A stretch of 61,795 nucleotides of DNA, counting the filler. It is 4 parts of 4 records of this genome, joined end to end, with 100 filler letters (N's around TTAATTAATTAA, not from the genome) between each part and the next. Parts side by side here need not be neighbours in the genome. Positions count along the whole stretch, not along the records: positions 1 to 13,665 come from DRR723986_10370; positions 13,766 to 33,357 come from DRR723986_10389; 2 more parts are not named here. One strand, written 5' to 3'. The position numbers were made by a program, and so were the translations under genes. Below are positions 9,126 through 19,359 of this stretch, in pieces (the first letter of the stretch is position 1; every line of letters begins with the position of its first letter). The notes under the pieces are model-generated. The model saw nothing but the letters and a program-made list of their open reading frames with translations. It searched no databases and was not told the origin of the DNA.

Positions 9126-10046
9126 ATGACACTTCGTAACGCCGTTGCGGCCCTGTTGCTACTGGTATCAGCTCTGCCGGCCCAGGCCCAGCTTCGGGTG
9201 TTCGCCTGTGAACCGGAATGGGCGGCCCTGGTTAGGGCGCTGGTGCCGGATGCTGAACTCACCACGGCCACCAGTCACCTTCAGGATCCTCACTACATCG
9301 AGGCTCGGCCAAGCCTGATTGCGGCGGTTCGGCGCGCGGATCTTGCTGTCTGCACCGGTGCCTCGCTGGAAGCCGGCTGGTTGCCGATGTTGCTTCAACG
9401 GGCCTCGAACCCGGACATTCAGGCCGGACGCGCCGGACTGTTTTTTGCCGCCGACCATGCACAGCTGCATGCGCCTCATGATCACGTGGATCGGAGCATG
9501 GGCGATGTGCACCCCGAGGGTAATCCCCATGTGCATCTGTCCCCGGAGCAGTTGCCAGAGATCGCCCGGGCCCTGGCCCAGCGTCTTGGCGAGATTGAAC
9601 CTGAGCAAGCGGCGGCGATCCAGGGCCGGTATATCCGCTGGCGGGGTGACTGGAATCGGGCCAGAACCGAATGGCGCGCCAGGGCCGAGGCGCTTGAAGG
9701 GCGATCCTTGGTGGTTCAGCACTCCAGCTTCACCTACCTGTTACGCTGGCTAAATGTGGAAACGGCAGCGGATCTGGAACCAAAGCCTGGTCTGCCCCCC
9801 AGTGCCAGCCACCTGAGTCAGCTTCTGGCCGATCCGGCCCTTTTGGAGGGGAGCGCCATCCTGATTGCCAGCTATCAGGACCCTAAGCCTGCTGAATGGC
9901 TGGCGGAGCAAACCGGGCTGCCGGTTGTGGTGGTGCCTGGCACCGTCACGGGTGAAGCACCTACAGCGACCCTGAGTGGGCTGATCAGTGAGATTATCCG
10001 CCAGATTGAGTCGGCCGAACCCGGAGCCTCCGATGGCGGAATATGA
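9126..10046 (+). CDS. Metal ABC transporter substrate-binding protein (ZnuA/cluster A-I)
   Basis: QDPHYIEARPS, GDVHPEGNPHVHL and EPKPGLPP motifs; signal peptide. Confidence 0.92.
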   Translation: MTLRNAVAALLLLVSALPAQAQLRVFACEPEWAALVRALVPDAELTTATSHLQDPHYIEARPSLIAAVRRADLAVCTGASLEAGWLPMLLQRASNPDIQAGRAGLFFAADHAQLHAPHDHVDRSMGDVHPEGNPHVHLSPEQLPEIARALAQRLGEIEPEQAAAIQGRYIRWRGDWNRARTEWRARAEALEGRSLVVQHSSFTYLLRWLNVETAADLEPKPGLPPSASHLSQLLADPALLEGSAILIASYQDPKPAEWLAEQTGLPVVVVPGTVTGEAPTATLSGLISEIIRQIESAEPGASDGGI

Positions 10047-10806
10047 ATGGCTGCTCTTGCCAGCAGCCGGCAGTGCCATGCTCTGCCTGCTGCTGGTCCC
10101 GTTGGGTTACCAGGTGATTGCCCGAGGCGTGATCTTTGCCGACCTGGCCATTGCCCAGTGGGCGGCTCTCGGCACCCTGGCCGGGCTCTATTTTCTGCCC
10201 AACCACTCGCTGGCCGGGGCACCGGTCAGCAGCCTGATGTTCGCGCTTCTCGCGTCCCTGGCAGTGCACCTGATCTTCAGGCGCCTGGCGGAAGCGAAGG
10301 AAGCCTGGATCGGTACTCTGTACGTGGTTGGAGCGAGCCTAGCCGTGCTTCTGGTCAGTGGTGATCCCCATGGGGCCCAGGCACTGCATGGAGCCGCGTC
10401 GGGTGATCTGCTCTGGGCCAATTGGCCTCTGGTGCTGGCCGTTGCCACGCTCACCGCTCTAGTCTGGTTGCTGGGATGGTGTCGCCCCGCCTGGATGACA
10501 GGCGCGGCCTTTTTGCCGGTGTTCGCGGTGGCGGTGACCTACTCGGTCTCGCTGGCGGGCATATACGTCGTGTTTGCGACCCTGATCATGACGCCGTTGA
10601 TCCTTGGCACTCTGGCTGGCAAGCCACCGTTATTGGCTGCCTGCTGTGCCGTCGCTGGCCATTTGGCCGCCATTGGCCTCTCTATTGTCTTCGATGTGCC
10701 GGTCGGGCCAGCCATTGTGGTCATGACCTTGGGCATAGCTTTGCTCTGGTATTCGGTGCTCTGGGGCTTTCGCGTCCGCCCTTCAGGTTCGAGCCTTGCC
10801 GATTAG
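10033..10806 (+). CDS. Metal ABC transporter permease (ZnuB-like)
   Basis: Highly hydrophobic; RGVIFADLAIAQ.AALG motif; overlaps the binding-protein gene. Confidence 0.88.
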   Translation: MAEYEWLLLPAAGSAMLCLLLVPLGYQVIARGVIFADLAIAQWAALGTLAGLYFLPNHSLAGAPVSSLMFALLASLAVHLIFRRLAEAKEAWIGTLYVVGASLAVLLVSGDPHGAQALHGAASGDLLWANWPLVLAVATLTALVWLLGWCRPAWMTGAAFLPVFAVAVTYSVSLAGIYVVFATLIMTPLILGTLAGKPPLLAACCAVAGHLAAIGLSIVFDVPVGPAIVVMTLGIALLWYSVLWGFRVRPSGSSLAD

Positions 10807-10934
10807 TCGCAGCTCTTCTGCTGGCAGCAGGCGCGCGCCTGATAGGGTGCGACACTGTGCCACATACTTTTCTGGCAAACCCTCTCTCATACTTCCCTGA
10901 ACGAAATAATTATCGTAATAACACGGAGAATGTT

Positions 10935-11921
10935 ATGAATAAATGCGTTGGTCTGGGAGTAGTTTCTGGGCTTCTCGCTCTGGCGGGTTGTGGTGGGTCT
11001 TCCTCCTCTTCAGACACGAATCAGCAGTCTGCTGAAACCCAGCTAAGTCTTCCCTTCAAGGCCGTTGTCGGCACAGAGCCGGTGAGCTGCGGCACCACCT
11101 TTTCCGGCCTTGGCACCTCGGGTACTGACGTCAGCTTCGCTGATTTCCGCTTCTTCATTCATGACCTGGCGCTGGTTACCGATCAGGGCGAGGTGATCCC
11201 TGTTTCTCTCGATGCTTCCGCCGAAGGCCAGAATAGCAACGTCGCGCTACTGGACTTCCGCGACAAGGCCGATGTAAATGACAATGGTGATCTGGTGGAT
11301 GTTTGCACCGCCGGTACTGACAACAATCCCGGTTTTAAAGATGCCGTTCACGGCTCCGTTACGCTGGATCCTGCTGTCACGATCCAGTCTGTGCAATTCA
11401 CTCTCGGCGTGCCGTTCGATCTCAATCACGCAAACCCCACCAGTGCCGAGGAGCCGCTTCGCAGTCCGGGACAGGCCGCTGGGATGACCTGGAACTGGCA
11501 GAATGGCTATAAATTCCTCGCGACTGATGTATTACCAAGCGGTGGCATCACCCGACCGTCCGACCCCACCTATTCAAGTCAGAAGTGGAACGTTCATCTC
11601 GGAAGTACCGGTTGCGAGGTTTCTACGACTGAACTGGCTGAGGGCACTGACCCCGAGACCTGTGCTAATGAAAACCGGCTACAGGTAACACTGCCGGTGG
11701 GCGCATTGGAGCTTGAGAATTTGGCGGTCCAGATCGACTACGCCGCCCTGGTGTCAGGATCGAATCTTGGCCAGGACAATGGTGGGGCGCCAGGATGTAT
11801 GTCCGGACCGACAGACCCTGAGTGCGATGCCGTGTTCGAGCGCCTTGCCCTGCCGTGGGGTGGCGATCCAAACACCGGCGGTAACCCCAACGCTACGGTG
11901 TTCTCGATTGTCGAGCGTTAA
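10935..11921 (+). CDS. mbnP: MbnP family metal-binding lipoprotein
   Basis: Lipobox LAGC; DFRFFI, VALLDF, FTLGVP..LNH, MTWNWQNGYKF (WxW), HLGSTGC and GCMS...DPEC motifs; GGAGA RBS. Confidence 0.88.
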   Translation: MNKCVGLGVVSGLLALAGCGGSSSSSDTNQQSAETQLSLPFKAVVGTEPVSCGTTFSGLGTSGTDVSFADFRFFIHDLALVTDQGEVIPVSLDASAEGQNSNVALLDFRDKADVNDNGDLVDVCTAGTDNNPGFKDAVHGSVTLDPAVTIQSVQFTLGVPFDLNHANPTSAEEPLRSPGQAAGMTWNWQNGYKFLATDVLPSGGITRPSDPTYSSQKWNVHLGSTGCEVSTTELAEGTDPETCANENRLQVTLPVGALELENLAVQIDYAALVSGSNLGQDNGGAPGCMSGPTDPECDAVFERLALPWGGDPNTGGNPNATVFSIVER

Positions 11922-11926
11922 GTCGT

Positions 11927-13123
11927 ATGTTTGTTAAAAAGCTTCGCGCGGGGCCTGTCTGGCCCGCGCTTCTGCTGTGCGTGTCGGCGCTCCTGTCCGG
12001 TTGCCTGGAATCCAGTTCCACCACGGTGGATGATCAGGGTGCGCGGGTGTCCTCATTTGACTGGGGCTTGCCGGAGTCCATCCCCCTGCCTAGGGAGCCG
12101 GAAGATAATCCGATGACAGAGGCCAAGTTCCAGCTTGGTAGACATCTGTTTTATGATCGCAGGCTTTCCACCAATGGTGCGGTAAGCTGCGCTGGCTGCC
12201 ATCAGCAAGACAAGGCTTTTAGTGATGGCGTGGCGCGACCGTTTGGTGCCACGGGTGAGCAGCATCCGCGTAACAGCCAGCCGCTCGTGAATGTTGCCTG
12301 GGCATCCACGGTGACCTGGGGCAACCCGAGCCTCGGAACCATCGAGCGCCAGATCCTACTGCCGCTCTTTGGCGATGATCCGGTGGAGCATGGCCTGAAT
12401 GAAGCGAATTCAGAACAGGTGCTACGGAGCCTGCAGGCAGATCCGACCTACGGGCCGCTATTTCAGGCGGCCTTTCCAGAGCAAAACGACCCGCTGTTTG
12501 GCGATCTCGCGTGGGACAACGTTGTGAAGGCGCTCGCCTCGTTCGTGCGTGGTCTGGTGTCATTCGACTCGAAGTTCGACCGGGGGGAACTCTCCGCGTC
12601 CGCACAGCGGGGCGAGCGCCTGTTCAACAGCGAGCGTCTGGAGTGCTTCCACTGTCACGCCGGTTATAATTTCTCCGATGCCACCGTGGACCGGCTGACC
12701 ACGTTCAATCAGTTGATGTTTCACAACACCGGGCTTTACAACGTGGATGGCATGGGCGGCTACCCGGAACCCAATACCGGCCGCCATGAGGTGACGGGTG
12801 ATCCCGATCACATGGGGCAATTCCGGGCCCCAACGCTGCGTAACATCGCCCTGACGGCGCCCTACAATCACGATGGCTCCGTGGAGGCCCTTGAGGGAGT
12901 CATCCGGAACTACGCCGCTGGCGGACGGGTGCTGACCACAGGCCCCAACCCCGGTGATGGCCGAATGAATCCGTTTAAGGATGGATTCATCACCTCATTT
13001 GCAATCAGCGAGCAGGAAATCGACGACGTCGTTGCTTTCCTTGAGTCGCTCACTGACGAATCCTTCATCACCAATCCCCGCTTCAGCAATCCCTGGAACA
13101 GTACCGGTCAGGAAACACCATGA
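11927..13123 (+). CDS. mbnH: MbnH family di-heme enzyme (MauG/bCcP superfamily)
   Basis: CAGCH and CFHCH heme motifs, LGRHLFYD, FRAPTLRNIALTAPY.HDGS; lipobox LSGC; follows mbnP. Confidence 0.9.
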   Translation: MFVKKLRAGPVWPALLLCVSALLSGCLESSSTTVDDQGARVSSFDWGLPESIPLPREPEDNPMTEAKFQLGRHLFYDRRLSTNGAVSCAGCHQQDKAFSDGVARPFGATGEQHPRNSQPLVNVAWASTVTWGNPSLGTIERQILLPLFGDDPVEHGLNEANSEQVLRSLQADPTYGPLFQAAFPEQNDPLFGDLAWDNVVKALASFVRGLVSFDSKFDRGELSASAQRGERLFNSERLECFHCHAGYNFSDATVDRLTTFNQLMFHNTGLYNVDGMGGYPEPNTGRHEVTGDPDHMGQFRAPTLRNIALTAPYNHDGSVEALEGVIRNYAAGGRVLTTGPNPGDGRMNPFKDGFITSFAISEQEIDDVVAFLESLTDESFITNPRFSNPWNSTGQETP

Positions 13124-13665
13124 TTCGAAAAACATTTATGCTTTTGACTGGGCTTGGCATGGCCATGCCAACGTTTGGCCACTATATACCCGGCGATGGC
13201 CCGGTTGAGCTTTCGGCCAGCGTTGTGGCGACCTGGCGATCAGACGACGTTGTGGAACAGAACGACTACTGGCAGATACCGGGCACGCTCATGGGCGGCC
13301 ATGCCTGGCCCTACGAAAAGGGCGTGACGGTTGACGAAGCCTTGTTGGGCCTTGGTGTCAGAATCAATGAGCGGACGTTCGCCGTGATTGAGGTAGGGAC
13401 CCATGGCGGCGGTGATGGACACGGTGACAGCGCCGAAGTCCAGCACGCCTACCTCGGATTCCAATGCTGCGAGGAGCCGGAGCCCTGGGTGCTGGAGGTG
13501 GGGCGGATGAGCTCGGCCTTTTCGCCCTCGTTGGCGGCTCACGCCGGCGACCGTCTGACGAGCGAATCGCCGCTCGTGAACGACGTGTTTTTCGGGCAGG
13601 ATTTTCACGATGAGGGGGTGCGCCTGTGGTGGCATGAAACGGCGGGCTGGTCGGCTGGCGCCGAG
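13120..13665 (+). CDS. Outer-membrane protein, probable paralog of the 7997 porin (3' truncated)
   Basis: ATGA overlap with mbnH; QHAYL / EVGRM / DEGVRL parallel EEAYL / RAGRF / DTGARL in the 7997 protein. Confidence 0.65.
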
Positions 13666-13765
13666 NNNNNNNNNNNNNNNNNNNNNNNNNNNNNNNNNNN
13701 NNNNNNNNNTTAATTAATTAANNNNNNNNNNNNNNNNNNNNNNNNNNNNNNNNNNNNNNNNNNNN
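13666..13765. other. Artificial contig spacer
   Basis: N-run, TTAATTAATTAA (stops in all six frames), N-run. Confidence 0.98.
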
Positions 13766-13767
13766 CC

Positions 13768-14808
13768 GCCAGCCACAATCCAGCCCATGACAATGGGATC
13801 AAATTCTTTGGCCCCGATGGCTTCAAGCTCTCGGATGCTGCCGAAGACGAAATCACCCGGCTTTTCAACGCGGGCGTGACCCCGTCCCGTCCCGGTACAA
13901 TTGGACGCGCGCGCCGTCTGGATGATGCCCGTGGGCGCTATATTGAATATGCTAAAACCACCTTTCCTGCCGGACGGCGCCTAGACGGGCTGCGCATCGT
14001 GTTGGATTGCGCCAACGGTGCGGCCTATCGCGCCGCCCCCGCCGTACTGTGGGAGTTAGGGGCCGAAGTCATTTCGCTTGGCGACAAGCCCAATGGTCTC
14101 AACATCAATTCTGACTGTGGCTCGACACATCCTGAAAACGCGGCCCGCCGCGTACTGGAAACCCGGGCCGATGCAGGCATTTGCCTGGATGGTGATGCCG
14201 ACCGGCTCATCATTATCGATGAAAAAGGCAACATCGCTGACGGGGACCAAATCATGGGCCTGATCGCGTCTCGTTGGGCGGAAAGCGGCCAGCTCACCGG
14301 CGGAGCACTGGTTGCAACCGTGATGTCAAACTTGGGGCTCGAGCGGTTCCTCGAAGGCAAGGGTATCAACTTAGAGCGCACCAAAGTTGGCGACCGATAC
14401 GTGGTTGAACGGATGCGCGAAGGCGGCTTCAATCTGGGTGGCGAACAATCAGGCCACCTGGTGCTACGGGATTACGCCACAACAGGGGATGGGCTCATCG
14501 GAGCCTTGCAATTCTTGGCTGCCATGGTCGAAACGGGCCGTCCAGCCAGCCAGCTGGCCAGAGTCTTTGAACCCGTCCCGCAAAAGTTAATCAACATCCG
14601 CTACACGCCAGGCGAAGCCCCCTTGGAAATGGATGAGGTCCAAGACGCAATCGCCGCCGGAGAAAAAGCGTTGGGGACCTCCGGGCGTCTTTTGATCCGC
14701 AAATCGGGCACCGAACCGTTGATCCGTCTGATGGGGGAATCAGAAGACACTGAATTACTGAACAAAACCCTGACATCAATTGCACAAGCCATCCGCAAGG
14801 CATGTTAA
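13768..14808 (+). CDS. glmM: Phosphoglucosamine mutase (5' truncated)
   Basis: Frame open from the contig edge: ASHNP.HDNGIK, DGDADR, GGEQSGH, RKSGTEP. Confidence 0.95.
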   Translation, partial: ASHNPAHDNGIKFFGPDGFKLSDAAEDEITRLFNAGVTPSRPGTIGRARRLDDARGRYIEYAKTTFPAGRRLDGLRIVLDCANGAAYRAAPAVLWELGAEVISLGDKPNGLNINSDCGSTHPENAARRVLETRADAGICLDGDADRLIIIDEKGNIADGDQIMGLIASRWAESGQLTGGALVATVMSNLGLERFLEGKGINLERTKVGDRYVVERMREGGFNLGGEQSGHLVLRDYATTGDGLIGALQFLAAMVETGRPASQLARVFEPVPQKLINIRYTPGEAPLEMDEVQDAIAAGEKALGTSGRLLIRKSGTEPLIRLMGESEDTELLNKTLTSIAQAIRKAC

Positions 14809-14894
14809 GAAGGATCAGGCGCTGATCACCATAAAGCGCCTCGAAGCGCACCTACATCGCGCATATCACTACTTCGCTTACGAAAGTCGTACCC

Positions 14895-15437
14895 ATGACC
14901 AACAATCTATTCCTTGGAGCCGATGCCGAAGCTCGTTTCGCCCTGCAGGCACTTAAATCCGAAAATCGCAGTGGACCCATATCCGGTGAATTAACCGATG
15001 TTATTGAAGGCGTCTTCTTGGCCAATGATCCAGACGCTGGCGTGACCGGAGAGTACAACACAACCAAAGAAAACCTCATCTCGCTGAATATGTCACCAGC
15101 CGGACAGGCCCTCCCACGCTGGCAAGCACTGCACCTACGCTTGGGGGCTGCAGATCTGTCCACTGCCAATGTGGTCGGCTTTGTCGCCAGCAGCCGCGCC
15201 CCTTCGGCGATGGTCACGCGGTTCTGCCTGCGTTCCGAACGTGATGGCCATTTTGTGGATACATTTTTTCCCAAAGCCATGGCCTCTTTTTCAGAGCCAA
15301 GCACACATCTTGATATCCTCGAACTAAACCGCATGCCGGACGTTCCACAGCGCGCAGACTGGCGTGAACTCATCTGTTTCTTCCGCCCCGGCACAGTCAA
15401 CATTGAGCTTTTGGATCTGCGACTGTTCATCGTATGA
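14895..15437 (+). CDS. Hypothetical protein (180 aa)
   Basis: Beta-strand-rich ORF with ATGA overlap to the downstream glycosyltransferase. Confidence 0.75.
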   Translation: MTNNLFLGADAEARFALQALKSENRSGPISGELTDVIEGVFLANDPDAGVTGEYNTTKENLISLNMSPAGQALPRWQALHLRLGAADLSTANVVGFVASSRAPSAMVTRFCLRSERDGHFVDTFFPKAMASFSEPSTHLDILELNRMPDVPQRADWRELICFFRPGTVNIELLDLRLFIV

Positions 15438-16435
15438 GCCTTGAAAGAGGACACCCCGATCTGGCGATCATTATTCCGGTTTGGAATCTGCCGAAAGATC
15501 TATGTGCCCTTTTGGAACAGGTCGCCGAGATGGGGTGCTTTTCTGAAGTCATTGTCGTCGACGACGCTTCTGATCCCCCCTGTGATCCAACCCGCTTAGG
15601 CTTTAACAAAGCCAGCTTAAACGCCCCGCTGATCTACCTGCGCTCTGATCAGCAGCGCGGGGCTGGCCATGCCCGCAATCAGGGGCTAGCTGTCACGTCG
15701 GCGCAGAATGTTCTCTTTTTCGACGCCGACGATCAATTGTCCGAAAACTTCGTCGATATCTGGCACCGCCATACACAGGCGGGATGCCCGGATTTCACAA
15801 TTTTTCGGCACAACGACACCCGCATTCTAGAGCAGGATGGGCGGAGCGGCTCATTTCCTTTCGAAGAGATCCTCTGGGCAGATATACTCGGGGATCAGGG
15901 TGAGCGTCTGCTGACGGCCAAACAGCGCGCGGACCTCAGCCCGATCACCGCTTACCCGTGGAACAAAATCTATCGAACCGAATTTCTGAAAAGTCAGGGG
16001 CTGTCCTGTTCAGAAACCCCAGTGCACAATGATATCCGACTACACTGGCTCAGCTTTATCAAAGCCCAGAATGTACTCGCTGTACGCCAAATCGGTGCAA
16101 CCCACGTTATTGGTCATCAACGCGGTCACCACCTGACCAACCGCCGTGGGACCGAGCGCCTATGCCTAGATGGCATTCTGGAGGCTCTCACAGCTGAGGT
16201 GCGCGCCACCCCGAACAGCACGCTCTTCATCCGGGAATTCCTGTATTTCGTAGACAATGTCTGCCAGTGGAATTTTCATCAGGCCTCTCCTGCGTTGCAA
16301 CCGCAATTCGCGACACTGGCTTGCTCGGCATATCTGCGTTTCACGCCTGACGAATTTGAGCTCTATGCAGTCTGGCAGCCAGAAAGAGCAGACGCCATCG
16401 TGCGGTTCCTCCTGCAAGAAGGACACGGACAATGA
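15434..16435 (+). CDS. Glycosyltransferase family 2
   Basis: IIIPVWN, VVDDAS, GAGHARN.G, FFDADD, PWNKIYR. Confidence 0.92.
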   Translation: MSLERGHPDLAIIIPVWNLPKDLCALLEQVAEMGCFSEVIVVDDASDPPCDPTRLGFNKASLNAPLIYLRSDQQRGAGHARNQGLAVTSAQNVLFFDADDQLSENFVDIWHRHTQAGCPDFTIFRHNDTRILEQDGRSGSFPFEEILWADILGDQGERLLTAKQRADLSPITAYPWNKIYRTEFLKSQGLSCSETPVHNDIRLHWLSFIKAQNVLAVRQIGATHVIGHQRGHHLTNRRGTERLCLDGILEALTAEVRATPNSTLFIREFLYFVDNVCQWNFHQASPALQPQFATLACSAYLRFTPDEFELYAVWQPERADAIVRFLLQEGHGQ

Positions 16436-17568
16436 CGGTCAGCTTTATCGTCACCACTTACAATGTTGCGCCCTATATCGACCGCTGCCTGTCCAGCCTG
16501 GCAGAGGTCGCACAACCCGGGGATGAAATCATTGTCGTCGACGATGGGTCAAATGATGGCACCCCTGCCCTGCTGACAGCCTTTGCTGCGGCCGGAACAT
16601 TAGACGATAGCATCGCGGTTCACCCAATCTTTCTGGGCACCAATACGCCCGGAGGTGTCGGTATTGGCGCCAATCTCGGTCTGGCCGCAGCACAGTGTGA
16701 CACAGTGTTCTTTGTAGATGGTGATGACTGGATAAACCCTGCAGGTTTCAATCGGGCCCGTGCCAGCTGGGCACGCCAAACCCATGATGTCATGATCACC
16801 AATTACCTCACCCACGACACCGAGGACCATCAAGCCGCGGCCCCTGCCGACAACCATCTCTGGGCCACACTGAATACCAGCGCTCCGCTAGAGGACATCC
16901 GCCTGCAAGCTCTGGCTTTTATCGCCGTTCCATGGCGCAAGTTCTACCGCCGGGCCTTTCTCGAAAATTCTAACCTGCGCTTTCCCGAAGGTGATTACTT
17001 CTTTGAAGACAACCCCTTTCACTGGGCAGTCTGTCTGGCGGCGCAAAGCATCGGCTTTGAGGATCGGATCATCTGCTACCATCGGGTCAAACGTCCTGGG
17101 CAGACCATGGCCTCAACCGGGGCCGAGCTGCTGGCCTTCTTTACCCACTTTGAAACCATCTGGGCTCAGGTGTCCGATCTTGCCCCTGCCTTCCGGCTGA
17201 GAGCCTGCATATGGCTGCTTGAAAATATGGCTTGGCACCTTGAACGGCTCGCCCCGAACATACGCCCAGCCTATGCCGAAGCCGGAGCCCATACACTGCA
17301 GCTCATCGATAACAACAGTTGGACGGAACTGCACAAAGACAGTCGCGCACGAGATCCGGCCTGGCACGTTGCCCGGCGTCTTCGTGCAGGGGATATCTAT
17401 GGGCAAATTGACAGCTGGGACATCGCCGATATACGCCAAAAGTTGGTGGCACTTGAACAACGCTCGCTCGCCGTTGAATCGCGGCTCGACGATATCCACC
17501 ACATATTGCTCGGCCAATCAGCCGCAAACAGCTTCAAAGCGATTCAATCCTTCAAGACGAACTTATAG
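16432..17568 (+). CDS. Glycosyltransferase family 2
   Basis: IVTTYN, VVDDGS.D, FVDGDD, PWRKFYRR, FFED; coiled-coil-like tail. Confidence 0.92.
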   Translation: MTVSFIVTTYNVAPYIDRCLSSLAEVAQPGDEIIVVDDGSNDGTPALLTAFAAAGTLDDSIAVHPIFLGTNTPGGVGIGANLGLAAAQCDTVFFVDGDDWINPAGFNRARASWARQTHDVMITNYLTHDTEDHQAAAPADNHLWATLNTSAPLEDIRLQALAFIAVPWRKFYRRAFLENSNLRFPEGDYFFEDNPFHWAVCLAAQSIGFEDRIICYHRVKRPGQTMASTGAELLAFFTHFETIWAQVSDLAPAFRLRACIWLLENMAWHLERLAPNIRPAYAEAGAHTLQLIDNNSWTELHKDSRARDPAWHVARRLRAGDIYGQIDSWDIADIRQKLVALEQRSLAVESRLDDIHHILLGQSAANSFKAIQSFKTNL

Positions 17569-17813
17569 GTTTTACGCCGCTCAGGTTTAGGCAAGAAGCC
17601 ACTCACTCTGGTGCGTTTACCCCATATCTGTTCTTGCAACATAAGGTCAGACTTGGCAAAAGAAGGCCAAAATGGCCACGCTTCAAGCCCATAGCTCTAG
17701 AACCAGCTGGCATTACACGATATACCGCCAATCTTAAGCCGACTAGATATATTGAAGTTTGGCTTTGATGATTAAAAATCTGTTAACGACCCTGCTAAAT
17801 TGGAAAATTTGTT

Positions 17814-19193
17814 ATGTTAAAATCTGATGCGGAAATTCAGGACGATGTCATCCGGATCAAGAAATCAGGTCAATTCGATACGGAATGGTACCGCAAGACC
17901 TACAAGGACGTCGACATTCTGGGCATGGACCCTGTCGAACATTATGTTAAATTTGGCAACATTCTAAGACGGGATCCCAACCCCGAATTTTCCACCAGCT
18001 TTTATCTCGATACCCATCAATGGTTGATCCGCCAACAGAAGGATGCATTTCGGCATTATCTGGCTCGGCGCAAGGTACCACAAGCTGATGCAAAACCTGA
18101 TTTGGTGCTGTGGGCCGCATATTTGGAATCCAAACGCAGCTCAACCACCCGCGCCATCGCTCTGGCAGAAACATTCCTGCCCCCCGACTTGCTCTATACC
18201 GCTGATATTTTGCGCGCCAACGATGCGCACGGCCGCAACAATGAAGCCGAGTGGTTGAATCACCTGAACGGTTATTTGAACCGCTTTGGTGCCGCACCCC
18301 TCACTTTGAAAGACACAAAAGGGTCTCTGGTTTCCCGATTTACGACCGCTTCTCTTCCAAAGGTAACCCAAGGACCGGTCATTTCCGTCATCATGCCCGC
18401 CTGGAATGCACAGGAAACAGTAAAATACGCAGCTGAATCAATCCTGAACCAAACCTGGCAGCCACTGGAGTTATTGATTGTCGACGATGCCAGTGAAGAT
18501 AACACTTGGACCATACTGAAACAGCTGGCGGCATCCGACAAACGTGTAAAAATCTTCCGCAACAAGCACAACGTCGGCCCCTATGTATCAAAAAATATCG
18601 CACTCACTCAGGCTACCGGGGATTATGTCACCGGTCATGACGCCGATGATTGGGCTCACCCACAACGTCTAGAAAACCACATCCGGGCAACTTTGGCACC
18701 CGAAGTGCCACTCAAGGCCAGCCTGACCTACATGGTACGGATGCAACCTAACGGCCACTTCAGCCACATCGGTAAGATTACCCCCTTCTGCCCCGATGGC
18801 GTACGTCGCAAGGCGTCGATTGCCACACTTTTTGAGCGCAAATTCCTAAATGACACATTAGGTTTTTGGGATTCGGTTCGCTTTGGCGCGGACAGTGAAA
18901 TGATTTCACGCACTGAAACCGTTCTAAAAGATAAATTTGTCAACCTGAACCAAATCGGTATGATCTGTTTGGATTTGGAAACCAGCCTGACCAACCACCC
19001 CGAGCACGGCGTCCACAAGACACAAGGGTTGTCTCCGAGCCGCAAGAACTATCGAGATGGTTGGGTCGAATGGCATAAGGAAAAGGTGACTACAAAATCC
19101 GCATTCCTTGAGTTTCCTCAAAAAAACAGAAGGTACGACGCAGCATCAGAAATGGTTGTGCCGCTGCAAGATATCGAGAAGAATCTGGCGTAG
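17814..19193 (+). CDS. Glycosyltransferase family 2 with an N-terminal accessory domain
   Basis: N-terminal FD..WY...Y.DV...DP..HY...G...RDP.P.F; VIMPAWN, VDDAS, GPYVSKN, HDADD, FGADSE. Confidence 0.92.
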   Translation: MLKSDAEIQDDVIRIKKSGQFDTEWYRKTYKDVDILGMDPVEHYVKFGNILRRDPNPEFSTSFYLDTHQWLIRQQKDAFRHYLARRKVPQADAKPDLVLWAAYLESKRSSTTRAIALAETFLPPDLLYTADILRANDAHGRNNEAEWLNHLNGYLNRFGAAPLTLKDTKGSLVSRFTTASLPKVTQGPVISVIMPAWNAQETVKYAAESILNQTWQPLELLIVDDASEDNTWTILKQLAASDKRVKIFRNKHNVGPYVSKNIALTQATGDYVTGHDADDWAHPQRLENHIRATLAPEVPLKASLTYMVRMQPNGHFSHIGKITPFCPDGVRRKASIATLFERKFLNDTLGFWDSVRFGADSEMISRTETVLKDKFVNLNQIGMICLDLETSLTNHPEHGVHKTQGLSPSRKNYRDGWVEWHKEKVTTKSAFLEFPQKNRRYDAASEMVVPLQDIEKNLA

Positions 19194-19359
19194 ATACACC
19201 TATAAGTGAGATAAGATTATTCCTACCTTAGCAAATTTTAAACCGCAGCTGGAACAACTACTTCAGCTGCGCGGATCGGAAGAAACCATTCTCGTCCCAA
19301 ACGGGGATCGTGACATTCCAGTCCGATTTCGCCCAGGGCCTGAAGGGTGCCGCCAGCTG

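Noticed and set aside
7934-9271. Long antisense ORFs (445 aa here; also 1472-2287, 7228-8073, 22330-23214, 54403-55203)
   Set aside because: Shadows of well-supported genes on the opposite strand, with no motifs of their own.
10902-10920. Possible Fur box upstream of mbnP
   Set aside because: Only 12/19 match to GATAATGATAATCATTATC in AT-rich sequence; too weak to call.
10422-10934. N-terminal extension of the MbnP ORF in the track (similarly for ORFs starting at 266, 7814, 45989, 55728)
   Set aside because: Overlaps neighbouring genes or precedes a better RBS or signal-peptide start.
13710-13721. TTAATTAATTAA repeated three times in the window
   Set aside because: Sits in the middle of N-runs; a synthetic six-frame stop linker.
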